This document shows positions 5,465-15,561 of a DNA stretch of 15,561 nucleotides, one piece after another (position 1 is the first letter of the stretch; each line of letters opens with the position of its first letter). The translations under genes were made by a program, and so were the position numbers. The stretch comes from Candidatus Bipolaricaulia bacterium. Lineage in GTDB: Bacteria > Bipolaricaulota > Bipolaricaulia > JBHIAT01. Below the pieces are notes generated by a model. That model saw nothing but the letters and a program-made list of their open reading frames with translations. It did not search any database and was not told the origin of the DNA. The stretch is taken from NCBI GenBank assembly GCA_046758705.1, contig JBHIAT010000079.1, positions 1 through 15,561 on the forward strand, written 5' to 3'.

Positions 5465-7213
5465 ATGGCAAATGCAAAGGGTACAGCGGTGAAAGCTGAG
5501 GGCAAGACCAGGACCAAACCGAAGGTGAGAAGTGGAGCTGAGGCGGTGATCGAAGGCCTGAAGGCCGAGGGTGTCGAGGTGATGTTCGGGGTCAACGGCG
5601 GGGCGATCATGCCGGTCTACGACGTCCTTTACGACACGCCTGAGATCCGTCACATAACGACCGGTCACGAGCAGGGGGCGACCCATGCCGCCGAGGGTTA
5701 CGCTCGGGTGACCGGGAAGGTCGGCGTGGTCATAGCTACAAGCGGCCCCGGGGCAACGAACCTAATCACCGGCCTCACCGACGCGATCATGGATTCGTTG
5801 CCGATCGTGGCGCTCACCGGTCAGGTGCCGACGTTCATGGTGGGCAACGACGCGTTCCAGGAGGCCCCCGTCCGGGGAATCACCATGTCGGTTACCAAAC
5901 ACAACTACATGGTGCAGCAGGCCGATGACATTCCACGCGTGATCCAGGAGGCGTTCCACATCGCTCGGACCGGCCGGCCGGGACCAGTGCTCGTCGATCT
6001 CCCTAAGGATGTCACCCTGGCCGAGACACGTGCTGAACGTCCGGAGCGGCCCAAACTTGAAGGATACCGGCCTCACTACGAGGGTCATCCGAAGCAGATC
6101 CGGGAGGTGGTCACGGCGATCCAGGCGGCGAACCGCCCGGTGATCATGGCCGGAGGCGGCGTGTTGCTCGCTCGGGCGAGTGACGAACTCCAGGAGTTTG
6201 CTGAACGGCTTCGCATTCCGGTCACCACCACCCACATGGCCGTCGGTTGCTTCCCTGAGGACAACCCGCTCTCATTGGGCTCGATCGGAATGCACGGCAC
6301 CGGCTACGCTAACAAAACGGTCCCGAACTCGGATCTAGTCATTGGGATCGGGACGCGGTTCTCCGATCGAGTGACCGGCAAAGTTGAGACATTTGCCCCC
6401 GATGCGAAGATTGTTCACATCGATATCGATCCGATGGAGATCAGCAAGAACGTCCCGATCGACATCCCAATCGTCGGCGATGCCAGGCAGGTGCTCCAGG
6501 CGCTGAATCAGGAGACCCAGGGGTTGACCCTCGATACCGAGGCGTGGCTCAAGCAGGTCGAAGCGTGGAAGGAGGAGTATCCACTCCGCTACGACAAAAA
6601 CAGTGACAAGCTTAAGCCCCAATATATCGTTGAGGAACTTGATGCGCTCACCGAGCGCGATGCGATCGTGGTAACCGATGTCGGCCAACATCAGATGTGG
6701 GTGCTCCTGTTCTACACCTTCACCCAACCCGACACGAACGTGACCAGCGGCGGGCTGGGGACGATGGGCTTCGGGTTCCCGGCGGCGATCGGCGCCAAGA
6801 TCGGCAAACCGGAACGCCGAGTCATCTGTGTCACCGGAGACGGCTCGTTCCTGATGAATATCCAGGAACTGCACACCGCCACCCGGCTACAGCTGCCGAT
6901 CGTGGTGCTCGTCTTCAACAACCGCTCGTTGGGCATGGTGCGCCAGTGGCAACAGTTCTTCCACGGGGGCCGGTTCTCGGAGTCGTTGTTGGCCCCACTG
7001 CGCTTCGATCGGATTGCCGAAGCGTTCGGAGCCAAGGGGATCCGGGTGGAACGGCCCGAGGAGGTCCGCTCCGCTATCAAAGCGGGTCTTAATAATCAGG
7101 AGGGTCCGACGGTGATCGATTGCATCATCGACGAGCACGAGAACGTCTTTCCAATGGTACCCCCAGGCGGTTCCATCGAGGCGTTCATCGAGAGTGAGGC
7201 GGATGTCCAATAA
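5465..7213 (+). CDS. ilvB: Acetolactate (acetohydroxyacid) synthase large subunit
   Basis: HEQGATHAAEGYAR, TSGPGATN, GRPGPVLVDLPKD, GMHG, DVGQHQMW, ThDP motif GDGSFLMN...NN, GMVRQWQ. Confidence 0.97.
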   Translation: MANAKGTAVKAEGKTRTKPKVRSGAEAVIEGLKAEGVEVMFGVNGGAIMPVYDVLYDTPEIRHITTGHEQGATHAAEGYARVTGKVGVVIATSGPGATNLITGLTDAIMDSLPIVALTGQVPTFMVGNDAFQEAPVRGITMSVTKHNYMVQQADDIPRVIQEAFHIARTGRPGPVLVDLPKDVTLAETRAERPERPKLEGYRPHYEGHPKQIREVVTAIQAANRPVIMAGGGVLLARASDELQEFAERLRIPVTTTHMAVGCFPEDNPLSLGSIGMHGTGYANKTVPNSDLVIGIGTRFSDRVTGKVETFAPDAKIVHIDIDPMEISKNVPIDIPIVGDARQVLQALNQETQGLTLDTEAWLKQVEAWKEEYPLRYDKNSDKLKPQYIVEELDALTERDAIVVTDVGQHQMWVLLFYTFTQPDTNVTSGGLGTMGFGFPAAIGAKIGKPERRVICVTGDGSFLMNIQELHTATRLQLPIVVLVFNNRSLGMVRQWQQFFHGGRFSESLLAPLRFDRIAEAFGAKGIRVERPEEVRSAIKAGLNNQEGPTVIDCIIDEHENVFPMVPPGGSIEAFIESEADVQ

Positions 7214-7249
7214 CTTTCAACTTTTCAACTTTATAACTTTTTAACTATC
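7211..7249 (+). repeat. Five tandem ~8-bp AT-rich units filling the ilvB-ilvN spacer
   Basis: TAACTTT/CAACTTTT/CAACTTTA/TAACTTTT/TAACTATC, running from the ilvB stop codon to the ilvN ATG. Confidence 0.85.
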
Positions 7250-7747
7250 ATGCATCTCCACCCGCTGGCAGCGATCGTCAAAAACGAGAGCGGTGTTTTG
7301 TCCGGCATCGCCGGACTGTTCACCAATCGAGGGTTTAACATCGAGAGCTTGGCTGTCGGTGGGACGGAGAACCCGGACTACTCCCGGATGACGATCGTCG
7401 TTCGGGGAGATGACAACTTGGTCGAACAGATCGTTAAGCAACTGAGTCGCCTGATCGGGGTCGTTAAGGTGAGTGATCTGGCTGAGGAGGATCACGTCGA
7501 GCGGGAGTTGGCATTGGTCAAAGTCCACACGACGCGGGAGAACCGCAGTGAGATCATCGAGTTGATCGACATCTTCCGGGCGAAGATTATCGACGTGAGC
7601 CGGAACGCGCTGATCGTTGAGGTGACCGGGGATACGGACAAGGTCCAGGCGATGATCGACTTGTTGACCCCGTTTGGCATCAAGGAGATCGTGCGGACCG
7701 GTCGGGTGGTCATCGCCCGAGGATCCCGACGGGTTGAGGTGAAGTGA
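7250..7747 (+). CDS. ilvN: Acetolactate synthase small regulatory subunit (ACT domain)
   Basis: NESGVL..IAGLF..RGFNIESLAVG, EQIVKQL, ERELALVKV, IFRAKIIDV, EIVRTG. Confidence 0.96.
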   Translation: MHLHPLAAIVKNESGVLSGIAGLFTNRGFNIESLAVGGTENPDYSRMTIVVRGDDNLVEQIVKQLSRLIGVVKVSDLAEEDHVERELALVKVHTTRENRSEIIELIDIFRAKIIDVSRNALIVEVTGDTDKVQAMIDLLTPFGIKEIVRTGRVVIARGSRRVEVK

Positions 7748-7753
7748 AGTAAG

Positions 7754-7831
7754 GTCAACAGTCAGCTATCAGCTGTCAGGAAAACACCAACCAGCTTTTA
7801 GCCTTAAGCTGAACGCTGATGGCTGAAAGCT
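7754..7831. repeat. Inverted arrays of 7-bp tandem repeats forming an intergenic hairpin
   Basis: Left arm TCAACAG/TCAGCTA/TCAGCTG/TCAG; right arm GCTGAAC/GCTGATG/GCTGAAA/GCT. TCAGCTATCAGC (7762-7773) pairs with GCTGATGGCTGA (7815-7826) with one G-U. Confidence 0.8.
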
Positions 7832-7850
7832 TACAACACAGGAGGAGCCG

Positions 7851-8858
7851 ATGGCAGTCCACATCTACTACGAGCAGGATGTCGATCCTAAAGTGCTGGA
7901 GGGCAAGACGATCGCGATCATCGGTTACGGCAGCCAGGGGCATGCGCAGGCACAGAATCTGAGGGACAGCGGGTTGGAGGTGGTGGTCGGCCTGTATGAG
8001 GGAAGTGCCTCGTGGACGAAAGCCGAGGCGGATGGGCTGACAGTGATGCCGACCGCGGAAGCGGTCCGTGCCAGCGATATCGTACAGATGCTCATCCCCG
8101 ACACGGTCCAGCCTGAAGTCTACCGGGATCAGATCGCCCCGAACCTGAAGCCGGGGAATGCGTTGATGTGTGCCCACGGTTTTAACATCCACTACGGCCA
8201 GGTCGTTCCACCGGAGACGGTCGATGTCATCATGGTCGCTCCCAAAGCGCCCGGCCACCTGATGCGCCGCATGTATGTGAAGGGTCAGGGGGTGCCGTGT
8301 TTGATCGCCGTCGACCAGGATTACACCGGTCAGGCGAAGCAGGTGGCGCTCGCGTACGCCCACGGCATCGGCGGCACTCGGGCTGGGGTATTGGAGACGA
8401 CCTTCCAGGAGGAGACCGAGACCGACCTGTTCGGGGAGCAGGTGGTGCTGTGCGGCGGGGTGACCGCCCTGATCAAGGCCGGGTTCGAAACGCTGGTCGC
8501 GGCCGGCTATGCGCCGGAGATTGCCTACTTCGAATGTCTCAACGAGCTAAAGTTGATCGTCGATCTGATCTATGAGGGTGGCCTCAGCTACATGCGCTAC
8601 TCGGTCAGTGACACTGCCGAGTACGGCGATCTGACCCGGGGACCTCGGATCATCACCGACCGGACCCGCGAGACGATGCGTCAGATCCTAAAGGAGGTCC
8701 AAACCGGGGAGTTTGCCCGCGAGTGGATTCTCGAAGACCAGGCTCACCGGCCGGTCTTCAACCTGCTGGCTAAGCAGGATCAAGAACACCCGATCGAGCA
8801 GGTCGGCCAGCAACTGCGTCGGATGATGAGCTGGTTGGAGGAAAGCGAAACGCAATAG
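7851..8858 (+). CDS. ilvC: Ketol-acid reductoisomerase (class I)
   Basis: [68 protein letters not shown]. Confidence 0.98.
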   Translation: MAVHIYYEQDVDPKVLEGKTIAIIGYGSQGHAQAQNLRDSGLEVVVGLYEGSASWTKAEADGLTVMPTAEAVRASDIVQMLIPDTVQPEVYRDQIAPNLKPGNALMCAHGFNIHYGQVVPPETVDVIMVAPKAPGHLMRRMYVKGQGVPCLIAVDQDYTGQAKQVALAYAHGIGGTRAGVLETTFQEETETDLFGEQVVLCGGVTALIKAGFETLVAAGYAPEIAYFECLNELKLIVDLIYEGGLSYMRYSVSDTAEYGDLTRGPRIITDRTRETMRQILKEVQTGEFAREWILEDQAHRPVFNLLAKQDQEHPIEQVGQQLRRMMSWLEESETQ

Positions 8859-8880
8859 CTAGGGGAGGGATAGTGGCCAT

Positions 8881-10419
8881 ATGACGGCAGAGAGCGAGAT
8901 CGAAATTGGAGAGGTACAGATCTTCGACACCACGTTGCGCGACGGGGAGCAGACACCCGGCGTCGGATTTTCCGTAGCTGAGAAGGTGAAGGTCGCCCGC
9001 AAGCTCGAAGCGCTGGGCATAGACGTGATCGAGGCGGGTTTTCCAATCAATTCGGAGGAGGAGAGGGAATCGGTGTGCCAGATCGCCGACGCGGTGAGCA
9101 TCACCGTGTGTAGTCTGGCGCGTGTGGTGGACGTGGACATCGACGCAGCCATCGACTGCGGCGTGGACATGGTCCACGTGTTTGTGCCGACTTCCGAGGT
9201 GCAGATGACCCACGCCATCCACGCCAACCGTTATAAGGTCATAGAACGCACGCGTCAGGCGATTCAACGTATCAAGGATGCCGACCTCATCTGTATGTAC
9301 AGCCCGATGGACGCCACGCGTACCGATCCTGATTTCTTGATTGAGATCTGCCAGGTGGCCGAGGAGGCGGGTGTGGACTGGATCAACCTACCGGACACCG
9401 TGGGCGTGAGCACGCCTCAGCGCATCGCAGCGATGGTGGACGGCGTTCGGACCGCCGTCCAGGTCCCGATCAGCATCCACTGCCATAATGACTTCGGGCT
9501 GGCAGTGTCCAACACGCTGGCCGCCGTAGAGGCCGGCGCCACGATGGTGCAGGTGGCGATGAACGGGATCGGCGAACGCGCGGGCAACGCCTCGCTGGAG
9601 CAGACTGTCATGGGCCTGCACTGCCTCTACGATGCGAAGCTAGCCGTCAAGACCGAGAAGCTGTATGAGCTGTCGCGGTTCATCGAGCGGCTCACCGGTA
9701 TCCCCACGCCGCCCTATCAGCCCATTATCGGGGCCAACGCCTTCTCCCATGAGAGCGGCATCCACGCCGCAGGTGTGTTGGAGGAGTCCAGCACATTCGA
9801 GCCCGGGATCATGACCCCGGAGATGGTCGGGCACCGACGTCGGTTGGTGATCGGCAAGCACACCGGCAAGCACAGTGTGCAAATAGCGCTCAACGAAGCA
9901 AGCCTCCACCCCACCGAGGACGAACTGAACGAGATTGTCAAGCGTGTGAAGTCGCTGGGTGGCAAGGGCAAGCACGTCACTCAAACCGATCTATTTGCTA
10001 TTGCCGAAAGCGTGATGGCTAAGGTGCCCAAAGGTCAGCGCGCTATTGAGCTCGACCAGATTGTGGTCACCACCGGGAATCGCACCACGCCCACCGCCAG
10101 CGTCGTCGCGCGCGTGCACGGGGAAACGCGCACCGAAGCGCAACTGGGTGTCGGTCCGGTGGACGCGGCATTGCAGGCGGTACAACGCATCTTGGGCAAC
10201 ACTCCAGCAATCGAGATTACGGACTTTCACCTGGACGCGATCAGCGGTGGCAGCGATGCAGTGGCCACGGTCTCGATCACCGTGGAAGACGAATCCGGAA
10301 AGCACTCGAGCGCACAGGCAGCGCACGAAGACATCGTGATCGCCAGCGTCGAGGCGCTGATGGCGGCCATCAACCAGCTCATTCACGTTCACCAAAGTGT
10401 AGCAGAGACGGTGAACTGA
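8881..10419 (+). CDS. leuA: 2-isopropylmalate synthase (DRE-TIM family, euryarchaeal-like) with C-terminal regulatory domain
   Basis: [35 protein letters not shown] and regulatory-domain GVGPVDA; directly upstream of leuCD. LeuA versus archaeal-type CimA specificity is inferred from context only. Confidence 0.82.
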   Translation: MTAESEIEIGEVQIFDTTLRDGEQTPGVGFSVAEKVKVARKLEALGIDVIEAGFPINSEEERESVCQIADAVSITVCSLARVVDVDIDAAIDCGVDMVHVFVPTSEVQMTHAIHANRYKVIERTRQAIQRIKDADLICMYSPMDATRTDPDFLIEICQVAEEAGVDWINLPDTVGVSTPQRIAAMVDGVRTAVQVPISIHCHNDFGLAVSNTLAAVEAGATMVQVAMNGIGERAGNASLEQTVMGLHCLYDAKLAVKTEKLYELSRFIERLTGIPTPPYQPIIGANAFSHESGIHAAGVLEESSTFEPGIMTPEMVGHRRRLVIGKHTGKHSVQIALNEASLHPTEDELNEIVKRVKSLGGKGKHVTQTDLFAIAESVMAKVPKGQRAIELDQIVVTTGNRTTPTASVVARVHGETRTEAQLGVGPVDAALQAVQRILGNTPAIEITDFHLDAISGGSDAVATVSITVEDESGKHSSAQAAHEDIVIASVEALMAAINQLIHVHQSVAETVN

Positions 10420-10420
10420 C

Positions 10421-11851
10421 ATGCCCACGCTGTTCGAGAAGATCTGGCACGCCCACATCGTTCATGAGGAACCGGGACAGCCCGTGTTGCTTTACATCGA
10501 CCGCCACCTCGTGCACGAGGTGACCTCACCCCAGGCGTTCGAGGGCCTGCGCTTGGCCGGGCGCACGGTGCGTCGTCCGGACCTCACGTTTGCCACGATG
10601 GACCACAACGTGCCCACCACCGATCGGCGTCGACCCATCGAAGACCCCATCTCCGCCAAGCAGATCGAGGTACTACGCCAGAACTGCAAAGAGTTCGGGA
10701 TCACGCTCTACGATCTGGGCAATCCCCATCAAGGCATCGTCCACATTATCGGGCCGGAGCTCGGCTTGATCCTGCCCGGCTTGACGATCGTCTGTGGGGA
10801 CAGCCACACCTCGACACATGGGGCGGTTGGCGCGTTGGCGTTCGGTATTGGCACCTCTGAGGTGGAACATGTCCTGGCCACGCAGTGCCTGCCCCAGGTC
10901 AAGCCCAAGCCGATGGCCGTGCGCCTTGAGGGCGAGCGCCAGTTCGGGGTCACGGCCAAGGACATGATCTTGAGCGTGATCGGTGAAATCGGCGTGGCCG
11001 GCGGAACCGGTTGCGTCATCGAGTACATGGGCCAAGCGATCCGCGATCTGTCGGTGGAGGGGCGCATGACGGTGTGCAACATGTCGATCGAGTGCGGGGC
11101 GCGCGCCAGCATGGTCGCCCCGGACGAAAAGACGTTCGGCTATCTGGAAGATCGACTCTTCGCCCCTCAAGGTAAGGACTTCGAACGTGCCGTGGCGTAC
11201 TGGGAGACCCTGCCCAGCGATCCGGACGCAAACTACGATCGCGAAGTGGCTTTTGATGTCTCGACGTTCGCGCCCCAGGTGAGCTGGGGGACCAACCCCG
11301 GCCAAGTGGTCGAAGTCACGGGCCGCGTGCCCGATCCTGATGATTTTCAGGGTGAAACCACGCGTAAGACAGCCGAGCAGGCGTTGGAATATATGGCGCT
11401 CAAGCCGGGCACGTCGATCACCGAGATTCGCATTGATCGCGTGTTCCTCGGTTCGTGCACCAATTCGCGCATCGAGGACTTGCGCGCGGCGGCCGCAGTG
11501 GTGCGTGGCAAGAAGGTCGCGCCGGACGTGCGAGCGATGGTCGTCCCCGGCTCGCAAGCGGTCAAAGCGCGGGCGGAGGCTGAGGGACTCGACCGTGTCT
11601 TCAAGGATGCCGGGTTCGAATGGCGGGAGTCCGGGTGCAGCATGTGCCTGGGGATGAACCCCGACATCCTCGAGCCCGGCGAACGCTGCGCCTCCACGAG
11701 CAATCGGAACTTCGAGGGTCGTCAGGGCCGGGGCGGGTGCACACACCTGGTCAGCCCGGTGATGGCCGCCGCAGCGGCTATCGAAGGTCACTTTGTGGAC
11801 GTGCGCGAGTGGGTCGCGCGAGGCAAGGTGACTGAAGCGGTGTTGGTGTAA
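10421..11851 (+). CDS. leuC: 3-isopropylmalate dehydratase large subunit (bacterial long type)
   Basis: [37 protein letters not shown], Fe-S cysteines GSCTN and [21 protein letters not shown]. Confidence 0.98.
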   Translation: MPTLFEKIWHAHIVHEEPGQPVLLYIDRHLVHEVTSPQAFEGLRLAGRTVRRPDLTFATMDHNVPTTDRRRPIEDPISAKQIEVLRQNCKEFGITLYDLGNPHQGIVHIIGPELGLILPGLTIVCGDSHTSTHGAVGALAFGIGTSEVEHVLATQCLPQVKPKPMAVRLEGERQFGVTAKDMILSVIGEIGVAGGTGCVIEYMGQAIRDLSVEGRMTVCNMSIECGARASMVAPDEKTFGYLEDRLFAPQGKDFERAVAYWETLPSDPDANYDREVAFDVSTFAPQVSWGTNPGQVVEVTGRVPDPDDFQGETTRKTAEQALEYMALKPGTSITEIRIDRVFLGSCTNSRIEDLRAAAAVVRGKKVAPDVRAMVVPGSQAVKARAEAEGLDRVFKDAGFEWRESGCSMCLGMNPDILEPGERCASTSNRNFEGRQGRGGCTHLVSPVMAAAAAIEGHFVDVREWVARGKVTEAVLV

Positions 11852-11870
11852 GGGGAGGTGACGGGACGCG

Positions 11871-12521
11871 ATGCCGATGCAACCCTTCAAACAGCTGACC
11901 GGCCTGGCCGCTTTGTTGGATCGGCCCAACGTGGATACCGATCAGATCATCCCTAAACAGTTCTTAAAACGCGTCGAGCGCAGCGGCTTCGGTCAGTTCT
12001 TGTTTTACGATTGGCGCATGTGCGACGACGGCACACCGAACCCCGAGTTCGTGCTCAGTCAGCCACGCTATCAAGGCGCTCAAGTTTTGCTAGTGCGTGT
12101 GAACTTCGGCTGCGGCTCCAGCCGAGAGCATGCTGTCTGGGCTTTGCAAGACTATGGCTTTCAGACGGTCATCGCGCCCTCGTTTGCCGATATCTTTAAG
12201 ATCAACTGCTTCAAGAACGGCGTGCTACCTATCGAGTTGGACGAAGATCTGATCGACGAGTGGTTCCGGCGGGTGGAAGCCCAAGAGGGCTACTGCATCA
12301 CCGTGGACCTGGAGGCCCAGACGCTGACGGGGAGTGACGGTTTCGCCTGCACGTTCGGCATCGATCCGTTCCAAAAGCGCTGCCTGCTGGAGGGGCTCGA
12401 TGACATCGCGCTCACCCTTCAGCGCGAGAAAGCCATTGCAGCATACGAGCGGGGCCATAGGACGCCTTGGCAGGCGGCGGCCGTCGAGTCTCATAGAGAG
12501 CCTGGGGGACGTGTGAGCTGA
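11871..12521 (+). CDS. leuD: 3-isopropylmalate dehydratase small subunit
   Basis: [47 protein letters not shown] upstream. Confidence 0.97.
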   Translation: MPMQPFKQLTGLAALLDRPNVDTDQIIPKQFLKRVERSGFGQFLFYDWRMCDDGTPNPEFVLSQPRYQGAQVLLVRVNFGCGSSREHAVWALQDYGFQTVIAPSFADIFKINCFKNGVLPIELDEDLIDEWFRRVEAQEGYCITVDLEAQTLTGSDGFACTFGIDPFQKRCLLEGLDDIALTLQREKAIAAYERGHRTPWQAAAVESHREPGGRVS

Positions 12522-13511
12522 ATGGAACAACCTTATCGCGTGGCAGTCATCCCTGGAGACGGGATCGGCCCCGAGGTCATCGAGGCGACTGTGGCCGTCT
12601 TAAACGCCACCGGGGTTCGCTTCTCATTCCAGCATTACGAGGCAGGTGACAGATGTCTAGAACAGCACGGCGTGGCGTTGCCTGAAGAGACGCTCCAAGG
12701 CGCGCTGGACGCCGCCGATGCGGTCCTGTTCGGCGCGGCAGGCGAGACGGCCGCTGAGGTGATCATCCGGCTACGCCGTGAGCTGGAGACGTTCGTCAAC
12801 CTGAGGCCAACCTGGGCGTTTCCCGGTGTCCCCTGCCTCAAACCGGAGACGGACCTGATCATCGTCCGGGAGAACACCGAATGTCTGTATCGGGGGATCG
12901 AGGAGGAGATCGCTCCCGGTGTGACGGTGGCGACCCGGGTGATTACTGAGGAGGCTTCAATCCGGATCGCCCGCTACGCCTTTGAGTACGCGACAGATCA
13001 CGATCGACACAAGGTGACCGCCGTCCACAAGGCGAATGTGCTCAAGGTGACCGACGGGCTGTTCCGGGCATCGGTCCGGCGGGTGGCGGAGGAGTATACC
13101 GTTCCGTTTGAGGAGATGTTGGTCGACGCGGCGGCGCTCCATCTGGTAAACAACCCCGGTCAGTTCGACGTGATCGTGACCACCAACATGTTTGGGGATA
13201 TCCTTTCCGATCTGAGCGCCGGACTGATCGGCGGACTCGGCCTGTGTCCGAGCGCAAACATCGGTCTGAATCACGGGCTGTTCGAACCGGTCCACGGCAC
13301 CGCTCCTGACATCGCCGGCCGGGGGATCGCCAACCCGACCGCCGCGATCTTGAGTGCGGCGATGATGCTGCGCTACCTGCGGGAGGACGAGGCGGCTGAA
13401 CAGGTGGATAGCGCGCTCAGGCAGGCGCTCGAATCCAGGAAGACGACACCTGATCTGGGTGGGACCTTGTCCACGATGGAGATGGCCAATGCGGTAGTGG
13501 ACTTCGTTTAG
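12522..13511 (+). CDS. leuB: 3-isopropylmalate dehydrogenase (short archaeal/homoisocitrate dehydrogenase-like type)
   Basis: [62 protein letters not shown]; 329 aa; starts immediately after the leuD stop. Confidence 0.9.
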   Translation: MEQPYRVAVIPGDGIGPEVIEATVAVLNATGVRFSFQHYEAGDRCLEQHGVALPEETLQGALDAADAVLFGAAGETAAEVIIRLRRELETFVNLRPTWAFPGVPCLKPETDLIIVRENTECLYRGIEEEIAPGVTVATRVITEEASIRIARYAFEYATDHDRHKVTAVHKANVLKVTDGLFRASVRRVAEEYTVPFEEMLVDAAALHLVNNPGQFDVIVTTNMFGDILSDLSAGLIGGLGLCPSANIGLNHGLFEPVHGTAPDIAGRGIANPTAAILSAAMMLRYLREDEAAEQVDSALRQALESRKTTPDLGGTLSTMEMANAVVDFV

Positions 13512-13523
13512 GAGGAACCGGCC

Positions 13524-15146
13524 ATGAATGGAAGCACTGTCGAAGAGAATCGGGTTCTGATCTACGACACCACCCTGCGGGATGGCAGTCAGGGGAGAGG
13601 GATCTACTTCACCCTGGAGGACAAGCTCAAGATCGCTCAGCAGTTGGACGCGTTCAGCATCGACTACATCGAGGGAGGCTGGCCAGGCTCCAATCCCAAA
13701 GATATCTCGTTTTTCCAGAGGGCCCGCGATCTTAAATTAAAACATGCCAAGGTGACCGCGTTCGGCAGTACCCGGCGGGCGGGTGTGGCAGTCGATGAAG
13801 ACCCGAATCTCCGGGAGCTGGTGTGGGCAAGGGTGCCGGTGGCGACGATCTTCGGCAAGAGCTGGAAGCTGCACGTGTACGATGTGATCGGCACCACCCT
13901 GGAGGAGAACCTGGCGATGATCGAGGAGTCGGTCGCGTACTTGAAGGAGCAGGGGATGGAGATCATCTACGACGCTGAGCACTTCTTCGACGGCTACAAA
14001 GACAATCCCGAGTACGCGCTGGAGACACTGCAGGCAGCGGTGCGCAGCGGTGCCGATTGGGTCTGCCTCTGTGACACCAACGGTGGGACGCTGACCCGGG
14101 AACTCGGTGAGATCGTCGCGGCGGTCGTCGACCGGATCGATATCCCACTGGGAATCCATACGCACAATGATTCAGGACTGGCGGTGGCCAACACGCTCGA
14201 AGCCGTCGCTTGCGGAGCTCGACACGTCCAAGGAACGATCAACGGCTATGGCGAGCGGACCGGTAATGCGGATCTGTGTTCGATCATCCCCAACCTGATC
14301 CTCAAGATGGGAATGCACTGTCTAGGCGGGGACGGACGAGCGCAACTGCAGCATCTGACCGATCTGTCGCGGTACGTCAGCGAGTTGGCCAATCTGGCCC
14401 ACGACGAGCGGCTTCCATTTGTGGGAGAGAGCTCGTTCTCTCACAAGGGCGGCATGCATGTCGACGCGATGATGAAGAACGCGCGCTCCTTCGAGCATGT
14501 CTCTCCGGAAGCGGTGGGCAACACCCGGCGGTTCCTGATCTCCGAACTGTCAGGCAAGGGCAACATCCTGCAGAAGGCGGAGGAGTACGGTGTCAAGCTG
14601 TCCAAGAAGAGCCCGGAGACGGCCGCGGTGCTCGCTCAGCTCAAGGAGCTGGAAAACCAGGGGTATCAGTTCGAGGATGCCAACGCGTCGTTTGAGCTGC
14701 TGTTGAGGCGGGCCCAAGGGGAGTCGCCGAATTTTTTCCAGTTGCTCAACTATCGCGTGTTCGTGGAGCGGTTCGAAGATGGGGGTACGTTCGCCGAAGC
14801 GGCCGTTAAGATTCAGGTCGACGGCGAGCAACTTCTGATGGCCGGTGAAGGTGACGGCCCGGTACACGCACTGGACAACGCGCTGAGACAGGCGCTGATG
14901 AACTTCTATCCGGAGATCGGACGGATGAAGCTCCGGGATTACAAAGTGCGCATCTTAGAACGCGAGAAGGGCACCGGTGCCAAGCCCCGGGTGATCATCG
15001 AGACGAGCGATGGCTCCACGAGCTGGAGCACCGTCGGGGTGTCGCACGATATCATCGAGGCGAGCTGGAAGGCATTGGTCGATAGCTACGTCTACGGGCT
15101 GTGGAAAGCGAGAGCCAGGCAGGCTCTGGAAAATGAAGATGGATAG
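13524..15146 (+). CDS. cimA: (R)-citramalate synthase, bacterial type
   Basis: YDTTLRDGSQ, YIEGGWPGSNPKD, AFGSTRR, FGKSW, YDAEHFFDGYK, LCDTNGG, HKGGMHV, SELSGK, DYKVRIL, W.TVGVS.DII.AS: the pattern of the Geobacter-type CimA subfamily. Confidence 0.88.
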   Translation: MNGSTVEENRVLIYDTTLRDGSQGRGIYFTLEDKLKIAQQLDAFSIDYIEGGWPGSNPKDISFFQRARDLKLKHAKVTAFGSTRRAGVAVDEDPNLRELVWARVPVATIFGKSWKLHVYDVIGTTLEENLAMIEESVAYLKEQGMEIIYDAEHFFDGYKDNPEYALETLQAAVRSGADWVCLCDTNGGTLTRELGEIVAAVVDRIDIPLGIHTHNDSGLAVANTLEAVACGARHVQGTINGYGERTGNADLCSIIPNLILKMGMHCLGGDGRAQLQHLTDLSRYVSELANLAHDERLPFVGESSFSHKGGMHVDAMMKNARSFEHVSPEAVGNTRRFLISELSGKGNILQKAEEYGVKLSKKSPETAAVLAQLKELENQGYQFEDANASFELLLRRAQGESPNFFQLLNYRVFVERFEDGGTFAEAAVKIQVDGEQLLMAGEGDGPVHALDNALRQALMNFYPEIGRMKLRDYKVRILEREKGTGAKPRVIIETSDGSTSWSTVGVSHDIIEASWKALVDSYVYGLWKARARQALENEDG

Positions 15147-15149
15147 GAG

Positions 15150-15561
15150 TCACAACTGGCACTGCTGTTGAACCCAGCCTCTGGAAAGCCGTCGACAGCA
15201 GATCCGCTCCCGACGCCAGGTGTAGCAGACCAACAACTCGCCGTTCGCCAGTTCAATGATCGCCGGATAGGCGTACTCCCCGGGGGCGGTCTCCAGATGA
15301 ACCGGCGCTGACCAACTTCTCCCGTTGTCCGAAGAGACGCTAACCGAGAGCGGCGTCCGTTTGGACTGGCTAATCGTTTTGGACGACACCGGGTTGTAAA
15401 CGAGCACCAGTGTTCCGTCGCCGAGCTTGACCAGGTCTATGCCGCTGTTCGGATTGGGCAGATCGGTCGGGTAAGCGGGGGTCCAGGTGTAGCCGAAATC
15501 GGCCGAGTGACACTCCGCACGCACTAAAGTACGGCGGCTTCTCGCAGCGCAAAGCCGCGAG
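15150..15561 (-). CDS. BNR/Asp-box sialidase-family protein, 3' end only (begins beyond the right edge)
   Basis: Asp-boxes SADFGYTW and SSDNGRSW, plus LPNPNSGID, LVLVYNP, RTPL and EYAYPAII; convergent with cimA across a 3-nt gap. Confidence 0.85.
   Translation of the reverse strand, partial: SRLCAARSRRTLVRAECHSADFGYTWTPAYPTDLPNPNSGIDLVKLGDGTLVLVYNPVSSKTISQSKRTPLSVSVSSDNGRSWSAPVHLETAPGEYAYPAIIELANGELLVCYTWRRERICCRRLSRGWVQQQCQL

Noticed and set aside
7211-7831. Short repeats as a CRISPR array or IS ends
   Set aside because: Units are 7-8 bp with no unique spacers, and there is no cas or transposase gene in the window.
3196-14867. Long antisense or alternate-frame ORFs (e.g. 3196-4146, 7776-8363, 10673-11929)
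   Set aside because: Expected shadows of GC-rich coding genes; no motifs, and they lie largely or wholly over well-supported genes.

Overview
GC-rich bacterial window, judged from sigma70-type promoters, strong Shine-Dalgarno (SD) sites and a SARP regulator. It has three blocks. (1) 1-2997: a SARP-family activator on the minus strand (missed by the ORF track, runs off the left edge) divergent from an unannotated 38-aa peptide gene (MKARLVKAILILLPVVGVLLAGGAPMRISGGPGGGKGK), a hairpin, an apparently C-terminally truncated DUF5317-like membrane protein and an ABC-2 exporter pair. Three 11-bp-periodic repeats sit where SARP boxes are expected, upstream of the peptide promoter. This is the best candidate for an undescribed peptide signalling/export system, possibly eroded by deletion in this copy. 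(2) 3028-4875: an archaeal-type PIN-ATPase-KH (PINA-like) gene with a bacterial sigma70 promoter. (3) 4966-15146: a branched-chain amino acid operon with a near-consensus promoter, an Ile/Leu/Val-rich leader peptide, a small zinc-ribbon ORF, then ilvB-ilvN-ilvC-leuA-leuC-leuD-leuB-cimA; leuA and leuB look euryarchaeal-like. The window ends in the 3' part of a convergent BNR/Asp-box sialidase-family gene. All family assignments come from motif recognition by eye; no searches were run.
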